From: a phage
Reading direction: 5' to 3' (one strand)
Length of the DNA: 64,000 nt
Sequence record: PZ212788.1
Shown here: in pieces, positions 30,614 to 40,467 of the stretch
Layout of the letters: every line of letters begins with the position of its first letter
Numbering within the stretch: the first letter of the stretch is position 1
The notes under the pieces: model-generated
Database searches by the model: none
What the model was told of the DNA's origin: nothing
What the model saw: the letters and a program-made list of their open reading frames with translations, nothing else
Program-made: the position numbers and the translations under genes

Positions 30614-32095
30614 TTACTTAGCGTACTCGATTAATTCCACAGTTTTACCAAAGCTAGGGATATAATTTTTATTATACCCTTCGGTGAGAACCCATAAAGT
30701 ATCGTACTTTTTCCACCTGTTGTCAACAGCCTTTTGTTCAAAGTTATGCTCAAAGTATAGGTCGGTCAGGACGATGACATCTTTTGCATTTGGTATGTTG
30801 GCATCCAGATACTCGAACACGCAAGCAGCTGTTGTGCCCCATGTTGAGTGGACCTCATAGTTGATCATCTCGTCTATGTTGCCGCGAGTATATACTTTAA
30901 CCTCTCCGACTTCAGTTGACCAACAGAACATTGTAACCTTAAACTCTTTATACAGGTTGCACAATCCGGTGATTTCATTGAACATTTTCTTTAAAGTTCT
31001 TTGAGAGATCGAGCCAGAAACGTCTAAAGCCACCACAATATCTATAGTGTTTTCCGGATTACGACCCGGAACAATAACGTGTTGGTTCTTGTTTATAGCT
31101 CCAACTTTTCGCATTGTGCTGGTCAAAGACCCAGATCGGCGACCAGGTTTTCTGTAGGTCAGTTCGGCCTTTCGTTTAGACAACATGCGTTGCTTGATGA
31201 TGTCTATATAATTGATTACAGGCTTACCTCTGTTCTTGACAAACTCACGAACCGCCTCAGGGCAACGACCTCCGGAAGCTTGCATTGCTGCCTCCAGCAT
31301 GTCACCAGAGTCCTGCATGGCCTGATCTTTATCAGATTGGCTGATTACAGGTTGTGGCTGATCATACCCCATAGCCTTTCCAAGATCATCACTAGTGCCA
31401 CCGTTCCCACTCATGTGATCATCGGTTTGTCGCTTATCACCTTGAAAGTTCTCACCTTTACCGTTCTTACTTTTACCGTTATTTTGATCTCTTTGCTTAT
31501 CAAGAACTGCATAAACGTTCTCAGCAATCCATCCATGAAACTTCATGTCGCAGTAGCAGCTGGCTAAGAAGCCAAAAGGCTTACCTTTTACGAACGTAGT
31601 GCTTTTCCCTTTTGGGAAGAAAACACAAGGAGGCTTGCTAAAGTCAACCACAAGGCCTGTGTTGATGACGTGATCACAAGCAATGTTGAACAGTTCCGGT
31701 TCAAAGCTTTTACCACGGACCAGGTGATCACAGATAATATGCCCCACCTCATGTGACAGAAGAAAGGCCACCTCTTTCACAGATTTGGGGGAATAGAAAA
31801 CCTCAGCCATCTCAAACTGCTCGTCAGTTAGAGAAGCCTTAAGAATAGCCTTGCGTTCATCAGCCAACCCCATAATGAACTCAGGACTGTAATAGATGCG
31901 TTTATGGTCGGTTGCCATGGTGGAGCACCATGTGTGGTTTTCTACGAACTGCAACCCTGACAGTAGTGTGCCATAAAACGGCAGCTTTTCAAGGAGATAC
32001 ATACGTGCAGCCTGCAACATTCTCAGGGCATCATCTTTCTGTGAGGCAATGATTTCTGAACTTCTGCTATCCATTAAAACTCCAGAAGGGGACAA
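30614..32095 (-). CDS. vWA-domain protein with N-terminal putative metallopeptidase domain (DUF2201-like, 493 aa)
   Basis: HExxH-type HEVGHIICDH in N-terminal half; MIDAS-type DIVVALDVSGSIS in C-terminal half. Confidence 0.65.
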   Translation of the reverse strand: MSPSGVLMDSRSSEIIASQKDDALRMLQAARMYLLEKLPFYGTLLSGLQFVENHTWCSTMATDHKRIYYSPEFIMGLADERKAILKASLTDEQFEMAEVFYSPKSVKEVAFLLSHEVGHIICDHLVRGKSFEPELFNIACDHVINTGLVVDFSKPPCVFFPKGKSTTFVKGKPFGFLASCYCDMKFHGWIAENVYAVLDKQRDQNNGKSKNGKGENFQGDKRQTDDHMSGNGGTSDDLGKAMGYDQPQPVISQSDKDQAMQDSGDMLEAAMQASGGRCPEAVREFVKNRGKPVINYIDIIKQRMLSKRKAELTYRKPGRRSGSLTSTMRKVGAINKNQHVIVPGRNPENTIDIVVALDVSGSISQRTLKKMFNEITGLCNLYKEFKVTMFCWSTEVGEVKVYTRGNIDEMINYEVHSTWGTTAACVFEYLDANIPNAKDVIVLTDLYFEHNFEQKAVDNRWKKYDTLWVLTEGYNKNYIPSFGKTVELIEYAK

Positions 32096-32107
32096 TGGCC
32101 CCTGTCA

Positions 32108-33085
32108 TTATTTAACGTGTTTGAAAATACCTGCCAACTCGGTCATTGTCATGCGGGTGGTCTTCATAAGATCTGTCATAGCTTTCTCCATAATTGGAGA
32201 TACTACCATAAAGTTTCCTTTAGTGAAACCTTTATTCCAGTCGGTCACCAACAGTGGTTTAAGTCCAGCTCCGAGACGTTCACCAGTTAAAGCACAGCAT
32301 TTGCGAATATACGAACTCTTAAATTGGCTGAACGACAGATCAACTTTCATACCTGCATCGTAGAACGTTTGACAATAGAAAGTGTAAGCCTTAGCAATCT
32401 CAACATCATCAGGCAGTGCAGGAACTTCTTCTGTAATATCCTCTTCGACCTCCTGAGGATCTTTTTCCTCTTCAGAGTTCTGTTCTTCAATTTCTTCTGT
32501 CACAGTCTCGTTTACGATGTCTGAAATGTGTTTGTTGGCTGCACGATCAGCCATGAAATTTTTAAAGTCCTGCATTGGTGACATATCTTCCTCCTCTTCG
32601 TCAAATAGTGCTAGTTTATCTTCTTCTGTCCCGTATTGCAAGATGAAATCTTCAAAAGTATAATCACCTTTCAATTTCTCCATACGCTCTTCGCTCAGGT
32701 GGAGCATCATCTGCTGGACAATTTTTCGATCAGTTTTATCTTTTATCAAGATTGCAGTCTTTTTATCTACCAGACAGTCCTTCAGAGCGTTGCACCTCAA
32801 TCCCACCACACAACAATTATCAATTGAGTAAGGACCTTCATCATCTATCCGCTCCAGAGATGGATAGAAAGGATTTCCCAGCCCGTTTTCATCTGTGTGC
32901 ATGTCAAAAGGTATAAGGGTGTAATCGCACACTCCATCTCCTAAAAGTTTTTTACCAAATAGGAGGTATTCTTCCCATGACAGGTTGAACTCTATATCCC
33001 GTTTCCGTGCATTATTCTGTTTGCGTCTATATTTTTTGAGCAGGCGCTCTAACTCTTCTGGTGTATAATATTTTTCAAGATTCAT
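32108..33085 (-). CDS. HNH-like (His-Me finger) protein with acidic linker
   Basis: ATG 33085 with RBS AAGAGA preferred over TTG 33151; motif CDYTLIPFDMHTDENGLGNPFYPSLERIDDEGPYSIDNCCVVGLRCNALK; acidic EEEEDM and EEQNSEEEKDPQEVEED stretch. Confidence 0.45.
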   Translation of the reverse strand: MNLEKYYTPEELERLLKKYRRKQNNARKRDIEFNLSWEEYLLFGKKLLGDGVCDYTLIPFDMHTDENGLGNPFYPSLERIDDEGPYSIDNCCVVGLRCNALKDCLVDKKTAILIKDKTDRKIVQQMMLHLSEERMEKLKGDYTFEDFILQYGTEEDKLALFDEEEEDMSPMQDFKNFMADRAANKHISDIVNETVTEEIEEQNSEEEKDPQEVEEDITEEVPALPDDVEIAKAYTFYCQTFYDAGMKVDLSFSQFKSSYIRKCCALTGERLGAGLKPLLVTDWNKGFTKGNFMVVSPIMEKAMTDLMKTTRMTMTELAGIFKHVK

Positions 33086-33116
33086 GAGTTGTCTCTTGTG
33101 CTCTGTAGGTGAAGAA

Positions 33117-33145
33117 ATCTTATCAAGTGCCTCAACAGATGTCAA
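33117..33145 (-). promoter_or_regulatory. Sigma70-type promoter for minus-strand block
   Basis: On minus strand: -35 TTGACA, 17-nt spacer, -10 TAAGAT, about 30 nt upstream of ATG 33085. Confidence 0.6.
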
Positions 33146-33158
33146 CCTCAAAAACGTG

Positions 33159-33187
33159 TTGACTTTACCCTAAATCCACGATATAGT
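33159..33187 (+). promoter_or_regulatory. Sigma70-type promoter for plus-strand early block
   Basis: -35 TTGACT, 17-nt spacer, -10 TATAGT; divergent from the minus-strand promoter. Confidence 0.65.
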
Positions 33188-33227
33188 GCACCCATTCGAA
33201 AGAAAACGAACACAGGAGTACTTAATC

Positions 33228-34127
33228 ATGGCAAATCTTAACAGCTTTAGCACTCGGTGGAAACAAGATATCACAACCAATCTCTCAGCAGGCGATATCC
33301 TTTCTGCAATTTACGAGGCTTTGGATGATAAAGCTACTTCAAAAGCGGTTTGTACCAACCCACTAATTCCTGTAGTGATGAAGGTTATTGAGCGTAGATT
33401 GGTATCCGGGTCTGATAAGTGGACATATTTAGATAATGAAGGACACACCTATTCCAATGGGTACGTCGATATAAAAGTAGAATACGCGGTATCATACCGC
33501 CGGAGCGGTTCTGTAACTTTCAACTTCTCTGGAGGTTTTCGATCTCTGGCTACCTCACCTTTTGTTTCCTCAGAGGAGAAGTATGAGCTTCCATTTCTTT
33601 GGATGATGGCTAACGCGACAGGAAAAACCCCCGTTAGCATCCGAGTAAAATACAACTACAACGGATCTAGTAAGATCTATGCCGAGAGTGTCTCAGCAAG
33701 TTTTTATTTTGTGATGGGGGATGGAATCCTCAAACATATAAAGATGTGCGATATGCATGATGTTATAAATGAAGTGACTGATAAGAATGTTCTGGTGAAG
33801 GATCTCAACAATTTTTATACACCCGGAGACTATTACGTCAGCCGTCCACTGTGCATCTTTAATGCCGCACACCCTCTAGGTGAGTATTTGATCGCCAATA
33901 GCGATATTGCCAATAACCGCTTCGAGGTAGCAAGAGTACAGAATGAGGTATTGACATCTTGCAAGAGCGGTGATAAGTTTACCGAAGAAGAGATGGGTGT
34001 TTTAGAAATGATGGGATATAAGTGTAGCCTTTGGGTAGATGAGGTGTTTAATGATTGCATCTATGGACAGGATATTTACCCATTAAAGAAGTATACTGAT
34101 TCCAGTTTAATTTACGCGGAGATTTGA
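33228..34127 (+). CDS. Hypothetical early protein (299 aa)
   Basis: ATG 33228 with RBS AGGAG preferred over GTG 33186, which lies inside the -10 hexamer. Confidence 0.5.
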   Translation: MANLNSFSTRWKQDITTNLSAGDILSAIYEALDDKATSKAVCTNPLIPVVMKVIERRLVSGSDKWTYLDNEGHTYSNGYVDIKVEYAVSYRRSGSVTFNFSGGFRSLATSPFVSSEEKYELPFLWMMANATGKTPVSIRVKYNYNGSSKIYAESVSASFYFVMGDGILKHIKMCDMHDVINEVTDKNVLVKDLNNFYTPGDYYVSRPLCIFNAAHPLGEYLIANSDIANNRFEVARVQNEVLTSCKSGDKFTEEEMGVLEMMGYKCSLWVDEVFNDCIYGQDIYPLKKYTDSSLIYAEI

Positions 34128-34129
34128 CT

Positions 34130-34402
34130 ATGATGAAGTCATGTGGTAGTGTATATTATGTTGGTGAGAATGTTCAGGCAGATAGTGTGTGGAAATCCAT
34201 TAAGTCCACCACCGATGATGCCTTTCTGAGCGGGTTATGCTTTCCCAGCCCAGGGGACACTCTCCCTTACCCTGGAGATTTTGTTGTCAACAAGATGGAC
34301 GGTTATACCGTGTGCCTGATGGTTGAAAAAATCTTTTTAGACACTAGACACAATCACCGTCTTGTGTTAAAATTTCAAGAATGTAAAATGACAATTTCCT
34401 AA
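34130..34402 (+). CDS. Hypothetical protein (90 aa)
   Basis: ATG 34130 with RBS GGAGA preferred over TTG 34124. Confidence 0.4.
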   Translation: MMKSCGSVYYVGENVQADSVWKSIKSTTDDAFLSGLCFPSPGDTLPYPGDFVVNKMDGYTVCLMVEKIFLDTRHNHRLVLKFQECKMTIS

Positions 34403-34415
34403 GGAGACCTTGCCG

Positions 34416-34772
34416 ATGTCTAAAGTTACTTATCGTGCAGCTATTTACTGCAATGAACACCCAATCTATAATGATGGTCACTGCCTTTTTAAAGAAAATC
34501 AATTGGGCTGTATTGTCCTACCTGATGAAGGGAAAGGTTATCTGATTGCATTGACAGGGTTCGAGCCTGAAGCTCTGGAAGCCAATCTGGACTATCTGGT
34601 AGAAGAGGGTGCTGCAGACCTGGTTTCCAATGGCCTCGCCATAAGCCTTGACGAGGTGGAGCGCTTCATGGGCAATTACCGTGTAGTGCGTGAGTTTACT
34701 ATCGAGGTGGAAACTCCAGAGTGGGGTAGCACTGAAACTAACGCCGAAGAAAAAGAAGAGGAGGCAGAATAA
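34416..34772 (+). CDS. Hypothetical protein with acidic C-terminus (118 aa)
   Basis: ATG 34416 with RBS AAGGAGA; C-terminal ETNAEEKEEEAE. Confidence 0.45.
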   Translation: MSKVTYRAAIYCNEHPIYNDGHCLFKENQLGCIVLPDEGKGYLIALTGFEPEALEANLDYLVEEGAADLVSNGLAISLDEVERFMGNYRVVREFTIEVETPEWGSTETNAEEKEEEAE

Positions 34773-35029
34773 TGAAAGTGCAGATCTTGACTAATGCCGA
34801 GAAGATGTTTATTGAAGATACACCTTTTGAAGCTGGTGAGCTACAGTTCGTTTATTTTGTTGACTTAGATAAGGTGTTCCCTGCACTGAATCTGGGTCTG
34901 GATGAAGTCCCTCATAAAGTTTTGTGCCAAGTTGTTCGTGCCTTAGCGGCAGATGGGGATTTCCACACCCTTGAAGATATCCAGACCTACGGGTATCTTG
35001 AACTGCAACGAGAAGAAGAGGTGGACTGA
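34772..35029 (+). CDS. Hypothetical protein (85 aa)
   Basis: RBS GAGGAGG; start overlaps upstream stop. Confidence 0.4.
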   Translation: MKVQILTNAEKMFIEDTPFEAGELQFVYFVDLDKVFPALNLGLDEVPHKVLCQVVRALAADGDFHTLEDIQTYGYLELQREEEVD

Positions 35030-35031
35030 TA

Positions 35032-35412
35032 ATGGCCCGGTGGAAGACAACAGTTGACCTTCATGATCAGTGGTTAGGACGCATCGCTGAAGACGGGAAA
35101 CTAGTAGAGTGGGACAATAAGCATGTTAGCGAGTTGGCAAGCATTGTGGCTGGCAAGTTACGCTCCAAGTTCCCTGAACAACTGGATCCTGATAATTCAA
35201 AGTTCGATCCTGAGTTGGAGGATGTTGTATACTACTTCGATACCGTGGATGACTACGATGCGTGGCTTGCAGCACGGGAGCTTTACCCACAAGGCTCTGC
35301 TATGCGCCAGATGGAAGAAGATTATCCTCCGTGTGAGCAATTCAATAGCGCAATGACTTGCCTCTATGATTGGGCAGATAAGAACCTTGTCTGGATTCGG
35401 ACTGCATTTTAG
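35032..35412 (+). CDS. Hypothetical protein (126 aa)
   Basis: ORF in co-oriented early operon. Confidence 0.45.
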   Translation: MARWKTTVDLHDQWLGRIAEDGKLVEWDNKHVSELASIVAGKLRSKFPEQLDPDNSKFDPELEDVVYYFDTVDDYDAWLAARELYPQGSAMRQMEEDYPPCEQFNSAMTCLYDWADKNLVWIRTAF

Positions 35413-35456
35413 TGGGCAGGAATGGCGGCAAGGATGCCGCTTAAGGAGTAGTAGAG

Positions 35457-35726
35457 ATGTTATACCAGCAATATGAACTTCGTGCAGAAAAAGAGTTAAA
35501 TTTTGACAAAGATATTCACAGATATTATTATGGGAAAGTTAGAGGGCAAGCAAGAAAGTGTACTCCAACACTCTTTTATGCCAGCAGACGACTAGCGCCA
35601 GAAGAGGCAACAGCAGAAAGGGTTGCGTACAACTGGAGAGTCACGTATGATATTGACAGATTCGATGTGATATCTGTTTTGGAAAACTTTGAAAACACTT
35701 ACACACAAGTAGAGGACTTTTACTAA
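35457..35726 (+). CDS. Hypothetical protein (89 aa)
   Basis: RBS AAGGAG. Confidence 0.45.
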   Translation: MLYQQYELRAEKELNFDKDIHRYYYGKVRGQARKCTPTLFYASRRLAPEEATAERVAYNWRVTYDIDRFDVISVLENFENTYTQVEDFY

Positions 35727-36910
35727 TGTCAAGAAACGTATTCGAAAGTGGTCAAATCACTGTCCGTGAGTTGCCAGCTATTATTCAGTTTGCCCAACGT
35801 CATAGCCGATCTGTCCTAATTTTGGGACCAATGGGTGTGGGTAAAAGCCAGGTGATGAAGCAGATCGCTGATAATATGTTCGGTGAGCGAGATGACAACC
35901 TTGTTGACGTGCGACTGTCAGATAAAGATCCTGCCGACTTATCTGGGCTACCTATCCCTGTAGAAGCGGATGGAACTACACGTACAGTGTTTGCAATTCC
36001 AGAATTTTGGCCTGCGGATCCTGACTGGAGCGGAATTATCTTTCTGGATGAGCTCACTCATGCAGATAACTACCTGCAAAAGGTTGCAATGCAAATTATG
36101 CTTGACCACAAGTGCGGCACCTATGCATTCCCTAAGGGTTCTGTTTTTGTGGCTGCGGGTAACCGTTCTACAGATGGTGCGGTTCTTTCGGCGCTCGAAG
36201 CCCCTCTGGCTAACCGTTTTATCATTGTAGAGGTTACAAGCAATGCAGAGGTGTTTATTGAGGACTACGCATTCCTCAACGGGGTTCACTCCTCTGTAAT
36301 TGGGTATCTGAAAAGAGTTCCATCAGCTATTGATAATTATGAGGCTATGGCTGAGATTAATTGTCCATCTTTTGCCACACCACGATCTTGGGTTGCTGCA
36401 TCTGACATCTTGCACGATTTTGACAGCGGTATTATTTCTGACGCTATGGCCCGTGTTCTTCTGCAAGGTGCTATTGGTCACACTGCAGCGGTAGAGATCT
36501 GGACATACCACACCAAGAAACGCAATTTACCGGAAATCGGTCGGATTATGGCAGGTGGCTGCAAAGAATACGTAGGTCCTAAGCAGCCAGACATTTTGTG
36601 GATTCTTGGATCTGAAGGTTGTATCGCTATTCGTAATATGATGGAAAATGCAAGTATCTCAGACGAAGATCTTGTCAGCTGTGTGGCAAACTTCCTCGAT
36701 TTCCTTTGGGAAAACTTCAAGGACGAGAACCGAGATTTTGTATTCTCAGTCTTTATGGCGATGATGAAACCTAATGCCTTAGGAAATGCCTTGCTTATCG
36801 GTAAAGGGCGTGACAAGATTGTTGCTCAGCTGATCAAAGCATACCCAAACCTGATGAAGATTGTAAAAGAGTTTGGTGAAGAGTTTAGCGCCATTTTGGC
36901 TAAAGCTTAA
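35726..36910 (+). CDS. AAA+ ATPase, MoxR/CbbQ-like (AAA_5 type, 394 aa)
   Basis: Walker A GPMGVGKSQ, Walker B IIFLDELTHA, sensor region VFVAAGNRS. Confidence 0.7.
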   Translation: MSRNVFESGQITVRELPAIIQFAQRHSRSVLILGPMGVGKSQVMKQIADNMFGERDDNLVDVRLSDKDPADLSGLPIPVEADGTTRTVFAIPEFWPADPDWSGIIFLDELTHADNYLQKVAMQIMLDHKCGTYAFPKGSVFVAAGNRSTDGAVLSALEAPLANRFIIVEVTSNAEVFIEDYAFLNGVHSSVIGYLKRVPSAIDNYEAMAEINCPSFATPRSWVAASDILHDFDSGIISDAMARVLLQGAIGHTAAVEIWTYHTKKRNLPEIGRIMAGGCKEYVGPKQPDILWILGSEGCIAIRNMMENASISDEDLVSCVANFLDFLWENFKDENRDFVFSVFMAMMKPNALGNALLIGKGRDKIVAQLIKAYPNLMKIVKEFGEEFSAILAKA

Positions 36911-36920
36911 GGGGGGTTGT

Positions 36921-37301
36921 ATGGCTAAAGTAGGTAAGCGGGGAAACTACCTGGTGGTATTGACCGAGGAGCCGGAGAAGGAGTACGAATGCAGCTCCAC
37001 TTGCGTGATCGATATCCGAGAAAAAGATGTAGATGAAATCTGGTTTAAAATATTGGACGCTTGCGATAGCAGTGATTATTTCTTCATTTATGTCAACGAT
37101 AAGGCTGGATTCTTCCATGACGACGGAGAGTTGCCGTATGAAATCTATGAACTTGTAGAGGCTTGCCATCGTGGAGATGCGGAGTTGTTTGGCCTACGGC
37201 TGAAAAGCGGTAAATTCTTCTATCAAGATGAGTGCATGAATCTTCATAACTTTGTAGAGGGAACTTGCAACGATGGAGAGATTTTGGCACACTACGATTA
37301 A
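36921..37301 (+). CDS. Hypothetical protein (126 aa)
   Basis: ATG 36921 with RBS AAGGGGGG preferred over TTG 36873, which overlaps the ATPase gene. Confidence 0.45.
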   Translation: MAKVGKRGNYLVVLTEEPEKEYECSSTCVIDIREKDVDEIWFKILDACDSSDYFFIYVNDKAGFFHDDGELPYEIYELVEACHRGDAELFGLRLKSGKFFYQDECMNLHNFVEGTCNDGEILAHYD

Positions 37302-37312
37302 TTTCTAAGACC

Positions 37313-37340
37313 TCCCCCGCTTCGGCGGGGATTTTCTATT
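37313..37340 (+). terminator. Rho-independent terminator
   Basis: CCCCCGC-TTCG-GCGGGG stem-loop followed by ATTTTCTATTT. Confidence 0.7.
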
Positions 37341-37350
37341 TGGAGTCATT

Positions 37351-37851
37351 GTGAAAATTAAGATCTTTGCTATTATTTTGAGCGCACTTTTATCGCTGCC
37401 TGTTGTTGCAGCACCAAAACAAAAAGTATATCATACTTGCAAGCCCTCAGATACTAAGGAAAACATTCTGGCATGCAATATCTACAGGGAGGCTAGAGGG
37501 GATGGCACGATGGGTATGCTGGCATCAGGGTTTGCCACACTAAACAGGAAATCTCACCCCAAATACCCAGACACTATAAGAAACATTGTCTACCAACCTA
37601 ACCAGTTTTCGTGGACAAACCACGGCAAAACTTTTAAGGTGACAGAAAAAGATTCATGGGATCACGCTAAAAGTCTTGCAAAGATGCTTCTAAAGGTCTA
37701 TAATAACAACCATGTTGCATACATGGCTATGGACATAACAGGTGGAGCAACACACTACCATACAACCAAAGTACGACCGAAATGGGCAAAAAAGATGCAG
37801 AGGACAGCTCAATTCGGGAGTCATATCTACTACAAGGAGCGCAATAAATGA
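37351..37851 (+). CDS. SleB-like cell wall hydrolase with N-terminal signal peptide (candidate endolysin)
   Basis: GTG start with RBS GGAG; signal peptide MKIKIFAIILSALLSLPVVAAP; Hydrolase_2 motifs NIYREARGDG, ATLNR, YQPNQFS. Confidence 0.65.
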   Translation: MKIKIFAIILSALLSLPVVAAPKQKVYHTCKPSDTKENILACNIYREARGDGTMGMLASGFATLNRKSHPKYPDTIRNIVYQPNQFSWTNHGKTFKVTEKDSWDHAKSLAKMLLKVYNNNHVAYMAMDITGGATHYHTTKVRPKWAKKMQRTAQFGSHIYYKERNK

Positions 37852-39830
37852 TTGTAAACAGTAATGAAACTAAAGCAGTACTAACCGGAAATATGGAGGT
37901 CACCAGGGGCTCAATTTCTCTGAACAAAGAGACTTTTGGGCTAATCATTAAAGGGATTTACGAAGATAAGGTGCTGGCAAGCTGCCGTGAACCAATCTTC
38001 AATGCTGTGGACTCCCATGTTGAGTCTGGACGGGGTGATGTACCTATCATCATTCACTCTCCTACAGACCTTGAACCATACTTCTTTGTGCAGGACGTTG
38101 GATTGGGCATGTCAGAAGAGATGGTCCGCAACACTTTCATGAATCTCGGGGAGTCAACCAAGCGCAACAGCAACGCTCTGGTAGGTAATAAAGGTGTTGG
38201 TTCAAAGGCTCCGTTCAGTATGGTGGACACTTTCGATGTTATCAGTGTGCACAATGGTGTTGAAAGCACATATCTATTGTTCTTGGATCAGGGTATCCCA
38301 AACGTTACCAAGATCCGCGAGCGAAAGACTGAAGAGCACAACGGGGTAAAAGTTCAGTTCCATGTTAAGAAAGAGCATGTTCTGAAATATCGCACTGCTA
38401 TTGCGTCATGCCTACGCTATGCAAAGTTTCCGTTTACCGTTACCGACCCTATGACCAGTAAGATGCTGGAAGGTGACAAGGTTGAGGCGCAGTATCGCTA
38501 CGAGAAAGATGGTTGGAAAATGACTATCCTGAAAGGTTATACCAGCTCTGATGAGAGCCGTGTGGTGATGGGACACCAACCTTACCGCTCTAAGTTTCTG
38601 GAAACATTGACAGACTACCCTGCAATCTGTGTAGAGATCCCTATCGGGGATTGCAATATTAACCCTGGGCGCGAATGGACCATAGAGGGGCACGACGATG
38701 GTGGATTCCAGGATCGCCTGGAGGCCTTTGTCAAAGAAGGTATACGTCTTCGTGGGGCAGAAGTTGTTGCGGAATTGGAGACAGCAAAAACATCCTCAGA
38801 AGCACGTGAGATGATGAAGAACAGTGGAGTGTTCGGACACATCTTCGGCAAAAACTTTATGTGGAACCGTTGGGAAGAAACAGGGCTTGGCGACTTAGGC
38901 GATTGTGAAATTTTCGCTGGCGGCTTAAATAAAGGCCGCATAGGCTATGCTCGTTACGGAAAGTCGGAGTTCTTACGAGGTGTATACCTTGTATTTAACG
39001 ACGGAGACGGCAAATATAACCGAAATAAGTGTAACTACTTAAGCGAGATCACCGGACGCAACGTTTTCTATTGCCGTAACACGGATCTGATGGAAGAGTT
39101 TAAAGAAGCGGCACACCACCCGTTCTTTGCAGATACGGTCAAATTGTTATCAGAGCTCCCTCGCCGTCCTGTAAAGAAAGGTGAAACAAAAACTCACTAT
39201 GAGCCAGGGTATTGGGTTAAAAAACTTGAGAAAGATGGTTACTTCCGTCGTGAGCGTATTACTAAGGCAGAGTTCAAGAAGATTAAGCACTGCATTCCTT
39301 ATGAGGGTGATATCCAACGTGGAAGTTGTTGGCTGGGACAGCTAAGTAACATCTACCAGCAAAATTATGACCGTGTGCGTGCGGCACTCAAGATTCCTGA
39401 AGGGGAAGATCTGTACCTGGTATCAGAATCTCGTCTGCTTTGGACTGATCCTGATTGCCAGTATGTTACAGAGAAAAATGTGGAACATTTGTTGAAAGAG
39501 GACGCCTGGAAATTCTTACTGACTCGCGCAGCAAATGAAACTTCATATGACAGCCTGTATAGACAATTAGGGAAAATTATCCCCATGCAAGATTTTGGAA
39601 ATTATCGGCCACATTTCCACAAGTGGGAAGGTAACACCGCGTGGAAGCACAGTGAGCTAAATCATCGTGCCAAAATCTTAATCGCCAACCGAGTCAAGTG
39701 CGGGAAGGCCTATATTGCAAGATTGGAAAAGAAATATCCACTTTTGAAGCATGTGGGCTTGAAATATTGGGACACTCCTGCTATGATTGAATACCGTGAA
39801 CTGATCGACGCAAAGAATAACACCAAATAA
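37848..39830 (+). CDS. rIIA: rIIA-like protein with N-terminal GHKL ATPase fold (660 aa)
   Basis: GHKL boxes EPIFNAVDSH, QDVGLGMSEE, GNKGVGSKAPFS; N-terminal region aligns with recalled T4 rIIA (ETK..GN, DFG.GMS, SKSPFS.TDTF). Confidence 0.75.
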   Translation: MIVNSNETKAVLTGNMEVTRGSISLNKETFGLIIKGIYEDKVLASCREPIFNAVDSHVESGRGDVPIIIHSPTDLEPYFFVQDVGLGMSEEMVRNTFMNLGESTKRNSNALVGNKGVGSKAPFSMVDTFDVISVHNGVESTYLLFLDQGIPNVTKIRERKTEEHNGVKVQFHVKKEHVLKYRTAIASCLRYAKFPFTVTDPMTSKMLEGDKVEAQYRYEKDGWKMTILKGYTSSDESRVVMGHQPYRSKFLETLTDYPAICVEIPIGDCNINPGREWTIEGHDDGGFQDRLEAFVKEGIRLRGAEVVAELETAKTSSEAREMMKNSGVFGHIFGKNFMWNRWEETGLGDLGDCEIFAGGLNKGRIGYARYGKSEFLRGVYLVFNDGDGKYNRNKCNYLSEITGRNVFYCRNTDLMEEFKEAAHHPFFADTVKLLSELPRRPVKKGETKTHYEPGYWVKKLEKDGYFRRERITKAEFKKIKHCIPYEGDIQRGSCWLGQLSNIYQQNYDRVRAALKIPEGEDLYLVSESRLLWTDPDCQYVTEKNVEHLLKEDAWKFLLTRAANETSYDSLYRQLGKIIPMQDFGNYRPHFHKWEGNTAWKHSELNHRAKILIANRVKCGKAYIARLEKKYPLLKHVGLKYWDTPAMIEYRELIDAKNNTK

Positions 39831-39840
39831 GGAGACAGCT

Positions 39841-40422
39841 ATGATTTTCATCTACGAACATTTCAAAACTCGTAAAGAAGCACGCGACCGCCGTGCAGAA
39901 CTTGAGAAGAAGGGTTTCACATGTGCTATTGAGAAAGGTACTACAACATGGACACTGGCAGTAGGTGCCCCAGAGCTGTTTGATCCTGACCGAGACAGTG
40001 TCTGCTATACCCGTGAGGATTTTGAAACCCGCGAAGAGGCCCGTTTATTCCGCTACGGACTGGAAGACAACGGTAAGTACGCCATGATCTTAGATTCAGG
40101 TGAAGGTTCCGTTAAACGTTGGGGCGTGGTATACCCACTGTGTGTTGTTCACGGTGTGGGGGTCACTGGGGTAGCAATCAAGTCAGAAGAACCTTTAGTA
40201 GAAGTCAAAGATCCGGTGCTGGAAGTGGTGAGCAGTGTGTCTCAGCAACAGTCTCGAAGCATCGAGCCTTTGGTAGTTATTTGCGGGGAACTCCTCCAGA
40301 TCACCTGCAACGAAGGCATTTTTGAAATTCGCCGCAGCGAAAGTGAGGAAGTTTACCAGAAAGTCTTCGACCATATTTCTGTTCAGGAATATGATGAGGC
40401 AATTGGTGAAATCCTTGTCTAG
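39841..40422 (+). CDS. rIIB: rIIB-like protein, N-terminal portion ending at in-frame TAG (193 aa)
   Basis: RBS AAGGAGA; same reading frame as 40468-41046; C-terminal YQKVFDHISVQEYDEAIGEI resembles the T4 rIIB mid-region. Confidence 0.5.
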   Translation: MIFIYEHFKTRKEARDRRAELEKKGFTCAIEKGTTTWTLAVGAPELFDPDRDSVCYTREDFETREEARLFRYGLEDNGKYAMILDSGEGSVKRWGVVYPLCVVHGVGVTGVAIKSEEPLVEVKDPVLEVVSSVSQQQSRSIEPLVVICGELLQITCNEGIFEIRRSESEEVYQKVFDHISVQEYDEAIGEILV

Positions 40423-40467
40423 CTGGAACGCAAGAATGAGTTCACCACACTTGCAGACAACCTGATC

